From Candidatus Lustribacter sp. (GTDB lineage: Bacteria > Vulcanimicrobiota > Vulcanimicrobiia > Vulcanimicrobiales > Vulcanimicrobiaceae), in NCBI GenBank assembly GCA_965277805.1, contig OZ255842.1, positions 2,272,001 to 2,336,000 on the forward strand: a stretch of 64,000 bases of DNA. Reading direction: 5' to 3'. Positions within the stretch are counted from its first letter, which is position 1, and every line of letters starts with the position of its first letter. Under the pieces are notes generated by a model. It saw only the letters and a list, made by a program, of their open reading frames with translations, searched no databases and was not told the DNA's origin. Positions 8,169-17,174 of the stretch are shown here, in pieces. Position numbers and translations under genes: made by a program.

Positions 8169-10355
8169 CTAAGCCAAGACGAGCCGGATGTCGTGTAAAT
8201 CCGGACTTTCCTTGCGGGACACGTCGACCGCATGCAGACGTCCGCAGGCGGGGCACGCGTAGGCACGTCCCTCCATCGCCTCGTTGATCTTCAAGCCCAT
8301 GCCGAGCTGATCGGCCGGAATGATCTTCCGTCCTGCGAACTCGCGCCAATTGTCCCGTGCGTGTGCGAGCGTATGCCCGCAGTTGCAGCGCGTCCAATAG
8401 TCGCCGGCCGCATCGCGGTCGACCTGCATGCGATCCCCGAGCGGCGCCACGCGTACGAGGTCGCCGGCCGGCTTCGCATCGAGCGTCTTCTTCCGCGGCC
8501 AAGCCTTGCGCTCGGCATGGATCTTCGCGCGCGATTCATCCGAACGCGCTGTATCGAGCGTTCCGTCGGCGCTCAGCACGCAGCCGTACAGCCGTTCCGC
8601 AGCCGCCGCTGAAATCGCGCCCGCGAGCAGGTCACGCTGCACTTCGGCGACAGGCCGGTCGAGCGGATCGCCCCAACCCGCACCGGTCGGCGGATTCGCG
8701 CGGACGACGTCGGTGGCATCCAGCAGCATATTCATCGAGCGATCTGCGGGATCAATCCACTCGCCCTTCAGATCGCCGAAATCCGGAACCTGACCCGATT
8801 TGAGCCGCTCGAGCACGTCGGTGTGCCGAATGAGATCGTGCCCGGTTTCCGAGCCCGGATAGCCGCCGAAGAGACCCAGCGAGTCGGGCGTCTTCCACTC
8901 CTGATTGATGTACTGAAACGTCGCTTGGGCTTTGTGCGGTGCGTAGACGCCAAGCAAGCTCAGGCCGCCGCGATGGCTGCCGGCGCCGCCGCTGTCCGTC
9001 GCCCAGCCGCGCCGCAGATACAAGATCGGGTAGTCGAGTTCGAGCACCTCGGCGTTGCTGATCAGCGTGCGCTCCATGCCGTGGTGACCTTGCGTCGAGA
9101 CACCGTCGTGATCGGCATACGCACCGCCGCCCGACGCGATGACGTCGTACGTGCGCCCGCGGTAGCGTTCGCCGTGCTGGTTCATTCCGAAGAAGGCCAG
9201 CGTGCGCGGGCGTCCGCACGGCGCGGCCTGCGCCTCGCCCAGTAACGTGTCCGAGCACGCGACGATCCGCGATACGGCGATGAGCGTCGCGACTTCTGAT
9301 TCCCACACGGCGCCCGCGATGTTGCCGCTGACGGCGGCCGGACGCTTCGCGTTGCAAATACGGCCTTCGGGGCAAATGATCTCGAGCGGACGGAACAAGC
9401 CTTCGTTCCATGGGATGCCGAAGGCGAGCGTCGGCAAGAGCGCCGCCGCAACGCCGGCCTTGAGACCGCCCAGCGTACAGTTGATCGCGCTGCCGACTTG
9501 GGCCGTCGACCCGGAGAAATCCAAGTGCAAACGGTCGCCCTCTTTGCGCAGCGCGACGTGAACCTCGGGAACCTCCCCGCGCTGGGGATCGAATTCCATA
9601 TATCCGGAACCGGTCACGAGACCGTCGGGTAGTTCCATGATCCGGCGCCGAAAGCGCGCTTCGGATGACGAGATCAACCGCGCCATCGCGATCTGCAGCA
9701 GATCGGCGCCGTAACGTCGGACCAGGTTCTGAAGCCCGTCGCGCGCGGCGAGGTTGGAGGCGATCAAGCCGCGCAAATCGAGGCTCATCGTCGCCGGGTG
9801 GCGGCTGTTGTTGGTGATGAAATGCAGCAGATCGTTGCGAACGCGGCCGCCTTCCACGATCTTGATGGGCGGGATCTGCATGCCTTCCTGATAGCACTCG
9901 ACGGCCGCTTGCACGAGGCTGCCCTCCGCCATTCCGCCGATGTCCGACATGTGCATGATCGCGCCGGCCCACAACACCAGCCGGCCGTCGATGTGCAAGG
10001 GCGCGAGCATGGCGACGTCGGGTGCGTGCAGCGAGCCCTTCCAAGGGTCGTTGACGATGAACATGTCGCCTTCGTTGATCCCGGGATCGACCGCGCAGTC
10101 TGCGATCACCGCGCGCACCATCTCAGCCATACAGGCGGAGTGGTGCAGCGAGGTGTGCCCCATAGCCGCGACCGATCCGTCGGCGAGATACAAACCGACG
10201 TTGAAGTCGGACATTTCGGTCACTTGCTTCGAGCCCGAGATCGTCATCAAACGCGCGGCTTGTTCGCTCGTGATGCCGTGCAGCCGATGCCGGATGACCT
10301 CGAAGGCAACCGGGTCGATGACCTCGTCTTCGCGGACCTTCTCAAATGTCGTCAC
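8169..10355 (-). CDS. Hydantoinase B/oxoprolinase family protein with C-terminal acetone carboxylase gamma-like Zn domain (copy 2)
   Basis: IDPVAFEVIRHRL, NDPWKGSLHAPD, HMSDIGG, GAGWGDPLDR; C-terminal RCNCGH...DNWR...YACPACG. Confidence 0.88.
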   Translation of the reverse strand: MTTFEKVREDEVIDPVAFEVIRHRLHGITSEQAARLMTISGSKQVTEMSDFNVGLYLADGSVAAMGHTSLHHSACMAEMVRAVIADCAVDPGINEGDMFIVNDPWKGSLHAPDVAMLAPLHIDGRLVLWAGAIMHMSDIGGMAEGSLVQAAVECYQEGMQIPPIKIVEGGRVRNDLLHFITNNSRHPATMSLDLRGLIASNLAARDGLQNLVRRYGADLLQIAMARLISSSEARFRRRIMELPDGLVTGSGYMEFDPQRGEVPEVHVALRKEGDRLHLDFSGSTAQVGSAINCTLGGLKAGVAAALLPTLAFGIPWNEGLFRPLEIICPEGRICNAKRPAAVSGNIAGAVWESEVATLIAVSRIVACSDTLLGEAQAAPCGRPRTLAFFGMNQHGERYRGRTYDVIASGGGAYADHDGVSTQGHHGMERTLISNAEVLELDYPILYLRRGWATDSGGAGSHRGGLSLLGVYAPHKAQATFQYINQEWKTPDSLGLFGGYPGSETGHDLIRHTDVLERLKSGQVPDFGDLKGEWIDPADRSMNMLLDATDVVRANPPTGAGWGDPLDRPVAEVQRDLLAGAISAAAAERLYGCVLSADGTLDTARSDESRAKIHAERKAWPRKKTLDAKPAGDLVRVAPLGDRMQVDRDAAGDYWTRCNCGHTLAHARDNWREFAGRKIIPADQLGMGLKINEAMEGRAYACPACGRLHAVDVSRKESPDLHDIRLVLA

Positions 10356-10369
10356 GTTGGATTCCTATG

Positions 10370-11398
10370 CTAGTGCGAGAACAGCGACGGGGTCTTGATC
10401 GCTTTGTCCAGATATGAGAAATCGATCACGCTGTGATAGTCCCAGGCTGGATTGGAGATGATTTGCTCGTCCTTGAGCACTTGAATGGCATTGGCAAACG
10501 CTTTCGGATCGAGCCTGGCATCGACCGGTGGCGTATTGCCGCGGAACGGTCCGGCGGCATAATACTCATACGCATCGGTGGCTGCGGCGACGCTGAGCGG
10601 ACCGCCCTTCGCCAGCAGGTCGATCGCTTGCGCACGATTCTTTGGATCGAGGATGTAGTCACAACCCTTGGCCAGCGCGCCCATGAAGCGCACGGCGGTA
10701 TCAGGATTCGCCTTGAGCCAATTGCGGGTCGACATCACCAAGCCGTTGTTATACAGCTTCTGGCTCGCGCCGAAATGGGTCAGGGTGTGCATGCCGTTGA
10801 AATCGCCGCGATCGACGGGGTCGTTGATGTACGCGGCTGCAGCTTGGCCGCTCACGACCGCCGCGAGCCGGCCGGTGCTGGCACCGCCGATGTAGAGCGG
10901 CTTCCATTTGTCCTTGCCGACGTACCCGTTGATGAGCGCCGTACCGATCGCCTCGTTCGACGTGTTGTGCGCGGGCAGTGCGATCGTCTTCCCCACCAGC
11001 TGAGCGGGCGAGGTTATCGACGGCGGCGAGATTAGCGAAACCGGCGAACCTTCGCTGCTGCCCAACACGACGAGCTGGTCGCTCTGACCGTTCGCCGCCG
11101 GAATGACCGAGGCCGCGCCGGCCGTGACGATGTCGGCTTGCCCGCTGGTCAGTGCGCTGACGATCGCCGGATCGCCGTAAAGCACGACCGAGTTCCCGAT
11201 GCGGATCCCGGCCTTCGCGAAATAGTTCCCTTGCTGCGCGCCGTAGATGCACCACGAGCCCAGTGTCGAGCCGTAGGTCGCGATGTTGACGGTCTTCAAA
11301 TCGGGAGCTGCGTTCGTCTGCGCGACCGTCGCGGAATCCATGGAACCGAGTAACGTCAACGACACGGCGCCGCACAGCAACATCCGGGCAGTAATCAT
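10370..11398 (-). CDS. ABC substrate-binding protein, NitT/TauT family
   Basis: Signal peptide; YFAKAGI; QLVGKTIAL; WLKANPDTAVRFM; IDFSYLDKA. Confidence 0.8.
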   Translation of the reverse strand: MITARMLLCGAVSLTLLGSMDSATVAQTNAAPDLKTVNIATYGSTLGSWCIYGAQQGNYFAKAGIRIGNSVVLYGDPAIVSALTSGQADIVTAGAASVIPAANGQSDQLVVLGSSEGSPVSLISPPSITSPAQLVGKTIALPAHNTSNEAIGTALINGYVGKDKWKPLYIGGASTGRLAAVVSGQAAAAYINDPVDRGDFNGMHTLTHFGASQKLYNNGLVMSTRNWLKANPDTAVRFMGALAKGCDYILDPKNRAQAIDLLAKGGPLSVAAATDAYEYYAAGPFRGNTPPVDARLDPKAFANAIQVLKDEQIISNPAWDYHSVIDFSYLDKAIKTPSLFSH

Positions 11399-11434
11399 GT
11401 CTTCGCCCCTTCACCAGGAGAGTATGCGTTTCCA

Positions 11435-11451
11435 TTAAAACTGAATTTCGT
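11435..11451 (+). promoter_or_regulatory. 17-bp operator-like motif TTAAAACTGAATTTCGT in divergent promoter
   Basis: Matches the motifs at 53674, 53758 and 62427. Confidence 0.6.
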
Positions 11452-11486
11452 TATTCCTCCGAATTACCGTGACTGGAGAACGCGCG

Positions 11487-11891
11487 ATGTCAACTACCAG
11501 CGCAAAAACGCTGATTCCCGGACCCGAGGGCAAAACGATCCGCGGCGGCAACTGCTACGGCGTCAAGGCCGGCGGCTTTCTCTTTCTGTCGGCCGTGCGC
11601 GGCACGTTGCCGAACGACGGCGGCGTGCCGTCCGATCTCGAGGAACAAGCGCGTCAGCTCTTCCGCAACATCCAAGACACGCTCAAGCAATCCGGTGCGA
11701 CGATGGATCAGGTCGTCAAGATGGCTGTCTACATGATCGATCTTGAAAACGACCGTCCGGTCTTCAACAAGGCCTGGAAAGAGTTTTTCGGCGATCAGCC
11801 GCCGGCGCGCTTCGCGGTCCAGGTGACGGGCATCGGCAATCCCGGCGACGGCAGCCGTTTCCTCTGTGACGTTACGGCGCTGGCTCCGTAG
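11487..11891 (+). CDS. RidA/YjgF/UK114 family imine/enamine deaminase
   Basis: GGFLFLS, QARQLFRNI, VVKMAVY, FNKAWKEFF, PPARFAVQV with the conserved Arg; GGAG SD. Confidence 0.88.
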   Translation: MSTTSAKTLIPGPEGKTIRGGNCYGVKAGGFLFLSAVRGTLPNDGGVPSDLEEQARQLFRNIQDTLKQSGATMDQVVKMAVYMIDLENDRPVFNKAWKEFFGDQPPARFAVQVTGIGNPGDGSRFLCDVTALAP

Positions 11892-11903
11892 CAACGCGCA
11901 GGG

Positions 11904-12998
11904 CTAGAGCGTGAGCTGTGGCGTGACGCCGTGCTTCTTCATCTCCTCGAGCCAGAGCGCGTGGATACGCGGATCCTGATCCGCGTATTCGATTTGCCCA
12001 CCACCGTCGCGCACGCTGGTGGCGAGGGCGCCCTGCCCCTCGGCGTCACCTTGCGAGGAGAGCTGCGAATCAGTTAGCGGGTAGCGCACGTTGCTGACGC
12101 CCGCTGCAATGTAGCGCGAGGGGTAGTTGCTCGTTACGAAGTGCTGGTGGAACTGGCCCTCGATGGGCGGAAAGACGACCCCGGGCTTCCAATCGACGCG
12201 CGTGAATTCGGTTTCGCCCGCGAACCACAGCAGCGAATACCCCGTACCCGTCACTGTGAAGACGTGCCGGCCGGCGCCGTGCCGGTGCGCTTTCTTGTAC
12301 GTTCCCGCTTGGATTTCCGAACAGTGAACGTGCATGTTTCCGTCGGCCAGAATGAAAACGATATTGGACGATCCCGTGCCGCGCTCGTTCCAAGCGTGCA
12401 ACTCGATCGACGCCAGATCAGGGATGAAATTCGTTTCCCAGAAATTCCAACCGGGGCGGCCGGTGAAGAGTTCGCCGCCGCCGTCGTAGTCTTTGTCCTC
12501 GCCGATGCGTGCGCGGAAAAAATGCGGGTTGTCGAAGATGAAGGCATCGTCGTGAAAGAGCTTCATCATCAGCGGCAGCGACGTCGTCGAGGCGATGACG
12601 GCCCGGTTCCTGCCGTCGCCGTTGTGCAGCCGGTACGTCGCGTTCAGCGGAATCGCAAACATGCTGTTGTGTTGCCATTCGAAGCTGTGTTTGCGCCCAT
12701 TGGGAAACTCCACCTGAGCGCTGCCGCGGCCTGCCACGACGTACATCACCTCTTCGTAGAGATGGCGCTGCGGTTCGGTCGACGCCCCGGGCGGCAAATC
12801 GATCAGGAAAAGATTGCAGAAATCGCCGCGCCCGCGCAAATGCACCGCCGCCGCGTTGGCACCCAAACGCGGCCAGTGTTTGGTTTCCACGTCCAGCAAC
12901 TCGCACGAGATGCCTTCGTGAACGATGAGACCCTCGCGCGCCACCCACTCATTGTACGGGTTGATCCCGACCCGCACGCTCTTGCCGTCCGTTGCCAT
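11904..12998 (-). CDS. Bicupin protein (gentisate-dioxygenase-like cupin superfamily)
   Basis: QRHLYEEVMYVVAGRGS...FAIPLNATYRLHN and KKAHRHGAGRHVFTVTGTGYS...FHQHF. Confidence 0.75.
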   Translation of the reverse strand: MATDGKSVRVGINPYNEWVAREGLIVHEGISCELLDVETKHWPRLGANAAAVHLRGRGDFCNLFLIDLPPGASTEPQRHLYEEVMYVVAGRGSAQVEFPNGRKHSFEWQHNSMFAIPLNATYRLHNGDGRNRAVIASTTSLPLMMKLFHDDAFIFDNPHFFRARIGEDKDYDGGGELFTGRPGWNFWETNFIPDLASIELHAWNERGTGSSNIVFILADGNMHVHCSEIQAGTYKKAHRHGAGRHVFTVTGTGYSLLWFAGETEFTRVDWKPGVVFPPIEGQFHQHFVTSNYPSRYIAAGVSNVRYPLTDSQLSSQGDAEGQGALATSVRDGGGQIEYADQDPRIHALWLEEMKKHGVTPQLTL

Positions 12999-15103
12999 CA
13001 GCGTTCGCGGATGATGACGTTGCCGCCGTCATCTCCGAGCGCCGTCTGATTCGGACCGATGACCACGGTGGTGCCGAAGAACTCGAGAATCGCCGGACCC
13101 TCGATCGGCACGCGGGCGGGCACAGCTTCACCGCGATAGATGGCCGTTGCGACCATCTCTTTCTCGAACATCACGTCGCGCGATCCGAGCAGCGCTTTCT
13201 GCAGCGTCGCGCCGGCCTCGCGATTCGAACCGGACGGCGCATGCAGCGATGGGATGCGGCCTTCGACGCGGAACGTGTTGACCTCGATGCCGGCCTCGGC
13301 GAGGCTCGTTCCTTGACCGTAGATCCGTTCGTAGCGCGCATAGAATTCCGGCACCAGGGCATCGAGGTCGCTGCGTTCGAGTATGCCGCCCGGAACGGGC
13401 ACGGCAAGCTCGTGTACTTGGCGCCGGAAACGGAAGTACAGCGTGCGCTTGAGCACGAGGTGCGGGCTGTCGTGCATCGCTTCGCGGCAGCGCTGCTCGA
13501 GCGCTTCGAACGTGGCGTTGATGCGCGCCAGGTCGAGGTGCTCGGCGGCGTTGCGCGAGCCCGGCGGCGTGTGCTGCGGATCGCTGCGCTGGAAACTTCG
13601 AAAACGATCCGACGACACGGCTCCGAAACCCGAATGCACCGTTGCCGTGTGCGGCACGACGACGGTCCGGATGCCGGCCTCGCGCGCTATGGCATAGCCG
13701 TGCGTCGGTCCCGCTCCGCCATAGGCGAACATCACGAAATCGCGCGGGTCGTAGCCCTGTTGAATCGTCACGGCGCGCACGAGGTCGGCCATCTGGTTTT
13801 CGGCCACGGCGCGAATACCTGACGCCGCTTCCAGCAACGAGAGGCCCAGCGGTTCGGCGATGTACTCGCGGATCGCTTGCTCGGCGAGCTCGCGATAGAG
13901 TGGAATGCGCCCGCCGAGAAAATATTTCGGATCGATGATGCCGAGCACGACGTCGGCGTCGGTCACGGTCGGCCGACTTCCGCCCGCGCCGTAGCACGCG
14001 GGTCCCGGCACGGCGCCGGCGCTTTCCGGTCCCACAATCAGCACGCCGTCGTCGTCGACCGAAGCGATGCTCCCGCCGCCTGCACCGATCGCGGTGATGC
14101 GAATGCGCGGCGAGGCGATGTGGTAATTGCCGGTGATGCTTTGCGTCGCGACGAGCGGTTCGCCGTCGACGATGAGCGCGGCATCGAAACTCGTGCCGCC
14201 CATGTCGCCGGTGATGACGTTGGGAAAGCCGAGCTTGCGGGCCAGCGCCGCCGATGCCAGCACGCCGCCGGCCGGACCGGAAACCATCAGCTCGACCGCC
14301 CGCGCTCCGGCCTCCGCCGCTTCGACCACGCCGCCGGCCGAGTCCATGACCGTGAAATCGCCATGAAAACCGTTCGCACGCAGCCGGTTTTCGAGCAACT
14401 CTACGTAGCGCCGAATGATCGGGCCTAGGTATGAGTTGACCACGGTCGTCACCGTGCGCTCGTACTCGCCGATCACCGGTGCGATTTCGCTCGAGAGCGT
14501 GATGAAGACGTCGGGGCACTCTTCGCGGATGATGCGCGCGGCCTGCTGCTCGTGATCGGGCCGCACGAACGCCCAGAGGAAGCAAATCGAGACCGCGCCG
14601 ATGCCTTCGTCGCGAATGCGCTTGGCCGCGGCACGAATCTGATCGGCCTGCAGCGGTACGATCTCATCACCTTCCCAATCGACGCGTTCATCGATCTCGA
14701 TGATGTCTTCGCGCGGCACGATCGGCAGCGGATTGCGGCGCTCGCTGTAGTGGTCGGAGCGATTACCGATTCCGGTCCACGAACCCATCGCCCGCTGGAC
14801 GAAGATCGTTTCCCCAAAACCGCGCGTGGTAAGCAACAGCGTACGCTCGCCCTTGCGTTCGATGTAGGCGTTCGTCGCCGCGGTCGTCCCATGGGCGAAG
14901 TAGTCGACGCTGCCCGTAAATTCTTCGAGCGTCATTCCGAACTCGGCCGCCGCCAATTTGAAGCCTTCGATGACCGCGAGGCTGCGGTCTTGCGGCGTGG
15001 TCGGCACCTTGAAGAGGCGCAGCGCGCCGGCACCATCGAGCACCACCATATCGGTGAACGTGCCGCCGATATCGGTCCCGACGGCAAAACGAGAATCGGT
15101 CAT
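12998..15103 (-). CDS. Hydantoinase A/oxoprolinase ATP-binding subunit (copy 2)
   Basis: GTDIGGTFTD, HGTTAATNA, SGPAGG, DMGGTSFD, GPESAGAVPGPACYG; close paralogue of 5264-7375. Confidence 0.92.
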   Translation of the reverse strand: MTDSRFAVGTDIGGTFTDMVVLDGAGALRLFKVPTTPQDRSLAVIEGFKLAAAEFGMTLEEFTGSVDYFAHGTTAATNAYIERKGERTLLLTTRGFGETIFVQRAMGSWTGIGNRSDHYSERRNPLPIVPREDIIEIDERVDWEGDEIVPLQADQIRAAAKRIRDEGIGAVSICFLWAFVRPDHEQQAARIIREECPDVFITLSSEIAPVIGEYERTVTTVVNSYLGPIIRRYVELLENRLRANGFHGDFTVMDSAGGVVEAAEAGARAVELMVSGPAGGVLASAALARKLGFPNVITGDMGGTSFDAALIVDGEPLVATQSITGNYHIASPRIRITAIGAGGGSIASVDDDGVLIVGPESAGAVPGPACYGAGGSRPTVTDADVVLGIIDPKYFLGGRIPLYRELAEQAIREYIAEPLGLSLLEAASGIRAVAENQMADLVRAVTIQQGYDPRDFVMFAYGGAGPTHGYAIAREAGIRTVVVPHTATVHSGFGAVSSDRFRSFQRSDPQHTPPGSRNAAEHLDLARINATFEALEQRCREAMHDSPHLVLKRTLYFRFRRQVHELAVPVPGGILERSDLDALVPEFYARYERIYGQGTSLAEAGIEVNTFRVEGRIPSLHAPSGSNREAGATLQKALLGSRDVMFEKEMVATAIYRGEAVPARVPIEGPAILEFFGTTVVIGPNQTALGDDGGNVIIRER

Positions 15104-16179
15104 CGCACCCCTGCCAAGGCCGGCGGGAACACCGCAAACGCCTTGGTCGAATTGAAGATATAGGATTCGCAGAAGTCGGTGAAGCTTGGCACCTGACCGA
15201 TTTCAGTCATCGCCCCGGCTAAGCAAATCCAGTTGAGCATCTCGTGCTGGCCCGAGCCTTCCAAATCGCTGATGCCGAGTTTGCCCCAATTCTCGATACG
15301 ATTCGTCTTGAGTTCGTCGTAGTGGATGCGATCCGAGGCGATGTCGGGATAGAGGCGCTGATGCTTCTTGGTCAACGAGCCGTGCGACCAGCTCGAGCTC
15401 GCCACGAGCGCGACCCGGTAGGGGCTTTCTTTGAAGAACCGTGCGGTAATTTGCCCCACTTCGAAACAGCGGCGCGGGCTCGGCGCAGGCGGGCTCAGTT
15501 CGCCCGTGCCTTCGCCGACGAGCGAAGCCGACGTCGTCATCAGCTCGTTGCCGTAGCAGTTGACGTGAAACGGCACCAGTGGAAACGGAAAGCCTTGCTG
15601 GTCGTAGTCGAGATACAAAACCGAATTGGCAAACGAATGCGGCAAGCCGCGCTCGTAGCGCATCTGCATCGAGTAGGCAATGTCGACGCCTTGGTCGAGC
15701 AGATGGCGGGCCAGTTGCGTGCCGGCTTTCTTATGCGAGCGCACCGGGATCGTGTAGTCGGCCGGCAGCCCCCAGGCATTGGTGGCCGTGCGAAATGCGC
15801 CGGTTTCCAAATCGGCCAGCGGCTGACACTTCATGTCGTCGACAAGAAAGATGCAGAACGCAGGGATGCAGTCTTTCTTAAAGTTTTCGTACTGGTCGTC
15901 GCCCCACATGACGATGAAATCCGGCGCGAACGCGTCGAGTTCGGCACGCAAGCGGCGGTAGCCGGCGATCAGTTTCTCGTGGTGCTTGCGCGCGGCCGTC
16001 TGCCCGTCGTCTTGACCCCACTCCGTGCGCATCTCCTCGGGCCAACGGCTGCGGTCGTCAAAGAGGTCGCGCGGAATGCGCCCCCGCTCGACCTGCGTTT
16101 GAAGATGACGCGGCCAAAACTCCGCCGGTACGGCCGGGCCGGGATAGTGACTCAGGCCGAGCCCCAGAATTTCGCCCAT
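15100..16179 (-). CDS. Class III (LigB-like) extradiol ring-cleavage dioxygenase family protein
   Basis: ILGLGLSHYP, PDFIVMWGDDQYENF, LPHSF, RVALVASSSWSH, GQHEMLNWI. Confidence 0.8.
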   Translation of the reverse strand: MGEILGLGLSHYPGPAVPAEFWPRHLQTQVERGRIPRDLFDDRSRWPEEMRTEWGQDDGQTAARKHHEKLIAGYRRLRAELDAFAPDFIVMWGDDQYENFKKDCIPAFCIFLVDDMKCQPLADLETGAFRTATNAWGLPADYTIPVRSHKKAGTQLARHLLDQGVDIAYSMQMRYERGLPHSFANSVLYLDYDQQGFPFPLVPFHVNCYGNELMTTSASLVGEGTGELSPPAPSPRRCFEVGQITARFFKESPYRVALVASSSWSHGSLTKKHQRLYPDIASDRIHYDELKTNRIENWGKLGISDLEGSGQHEMLNWICLAGAMTEIGQVPSFTDFCESYIFNSTKAFAVFPPALAGVR

Positions 16180-16200
16180 CGAAGACTCCTACGCTGAAAG

Positions 16201-16246
16201 ACAAAATTTGATTTTAATTGTAGAATCGACGCGGGCGCGGCGTCAA
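16201..16246 (-). promoter_or_regulatory. sigma70-like promoter TTGACG-N18-TACAAT followed by motif TTAAAATCAAATTTTGT (16201-16217)
   Basis: -35 at 16241-16246 and -10 at 16217-16222 on the minus strand, upstream of the ligB-like/hyuA/cupin operon. Confidence 0.65.
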
Positions 16247-16254
16247 CCTGTCGC

Positions 16255-17052
16255 CTAGGCCGTGCCGAGCTCCTCGCTCACGCGGGCGGCGGCTTCTTGC
16301 AGTGCGCGGCCGATCTCGTTGGCCCGGCTCAATGAAAGATCGGAAGCAAACGCGAGCGCCGTGATGCAGCCGATCGGGTAGCCGTCCGGGTTGATGATCG
16401 CCGCCGCGCTCGCGCGCATGCCCTCGACCCAGTCGCCGTCGTCGACGGCGTAGCCACGCTTACGAATCGCGGCTAGCTCCGCTATCAGCGCCTTCGGCTC
16501 AACGATGCTCTTGGATGTGCACGGTTCGAGACCGCGCGCAACGTAGCGCTCGACTTCCTTTGGATCGAGGCGCGCCAGGCTCGCACGTCCGGGTGCAACG
16601 CAGTGCGCCGGAATACGTGAGCCCGGGCGCAGCATCAGGATCAGCGGCCGCGTTCCCTCGACGCTGTCGAGGTACACGACGTTGCCGTCTTCGTAGCGCA
16701 TCAGCACCATCGTATGTTCGTAGTCGTAAGCGAGACGGCGCAGATATGGTCCGGCGATGCGCCGGATCGGATAGTGCGCCATCGCTCGCGTCGCGAGCAT
16801 CGGCAAAAGCGAGCCCAGCCGGTACGTTTCCGAGCCCGGCAGCCGGCTCAGCAAATCTTCTTCTTCCATCGTCTGAATGACGCGATGCGCCGTCGCCGGC
16901 GAGAGGTCCAAGCGATCGCTGATATCTTGAAGCGACAACGTCGGCTCGGCGAGACTGAACAGCTTGAGAATTTCCACCGCGCGCCGAACCGCCTGCGTGC
17001 GCCGATTGAAGCTCGGTTCGCGTACGCTTTTCTTCTTGGAGGGTGCGGCCAT
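16255..17052 (-). CDS. IclR family transcriptional regulator
   Basis: AVRRAVEILKLF...LSPATAHRVIQTM HTH; GSRIPAHCVAPGRA; IRKRGYAVDDGD. Confidence 0.92.
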   Translation of the reverse strand: MAAPSKKKSVREPSFNRRTQAVRRAVEILKLFSLAEPTLSLQDISDRLDLSPATAHRVIQTMEEEDLLSRLPGSETYRLGSLLPMLATRAMAHYPIRRIAGPYLRRLAYDYEHTMVLMRYEDGNVVYLDSVEGTRPLILMLRPGSRIPAHCVAPGRASLARLDPKEVERYVARGLEPCTSKSIVEPKALIAELAAIRKRGYAVDDGDWVEGMRASAAAIINPDGYPIGCITALAFASDLSLSRANEIGRALQEAAARVSEELGTA

Positions 17053-17128
17053 TGCCGCCGTTCGTTCGCTATGCCGGGACGGGAACCTTGAGATTGGAGA
17101 AACCCTATTGCGTTTGCACGACGCCCAC

Positions 17129-17173
17129 TTGACGCAAGTTTGCAGCCGATGCTAGATTAAAATCGGCTTTTAT
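17129..17173 (+). promoter_or_regulatory. sigma70-like promoter TTGACG-N18-TAGATT with motif TTAAAATCGGCTTTTAT (17157-17173)
   Basis: -35 at 17129-17134, -10 at 17153-17158; a more degenerate motif copy just before ATG 17175. Confidence 0.55.
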
Positions 17174-17174
17174 A

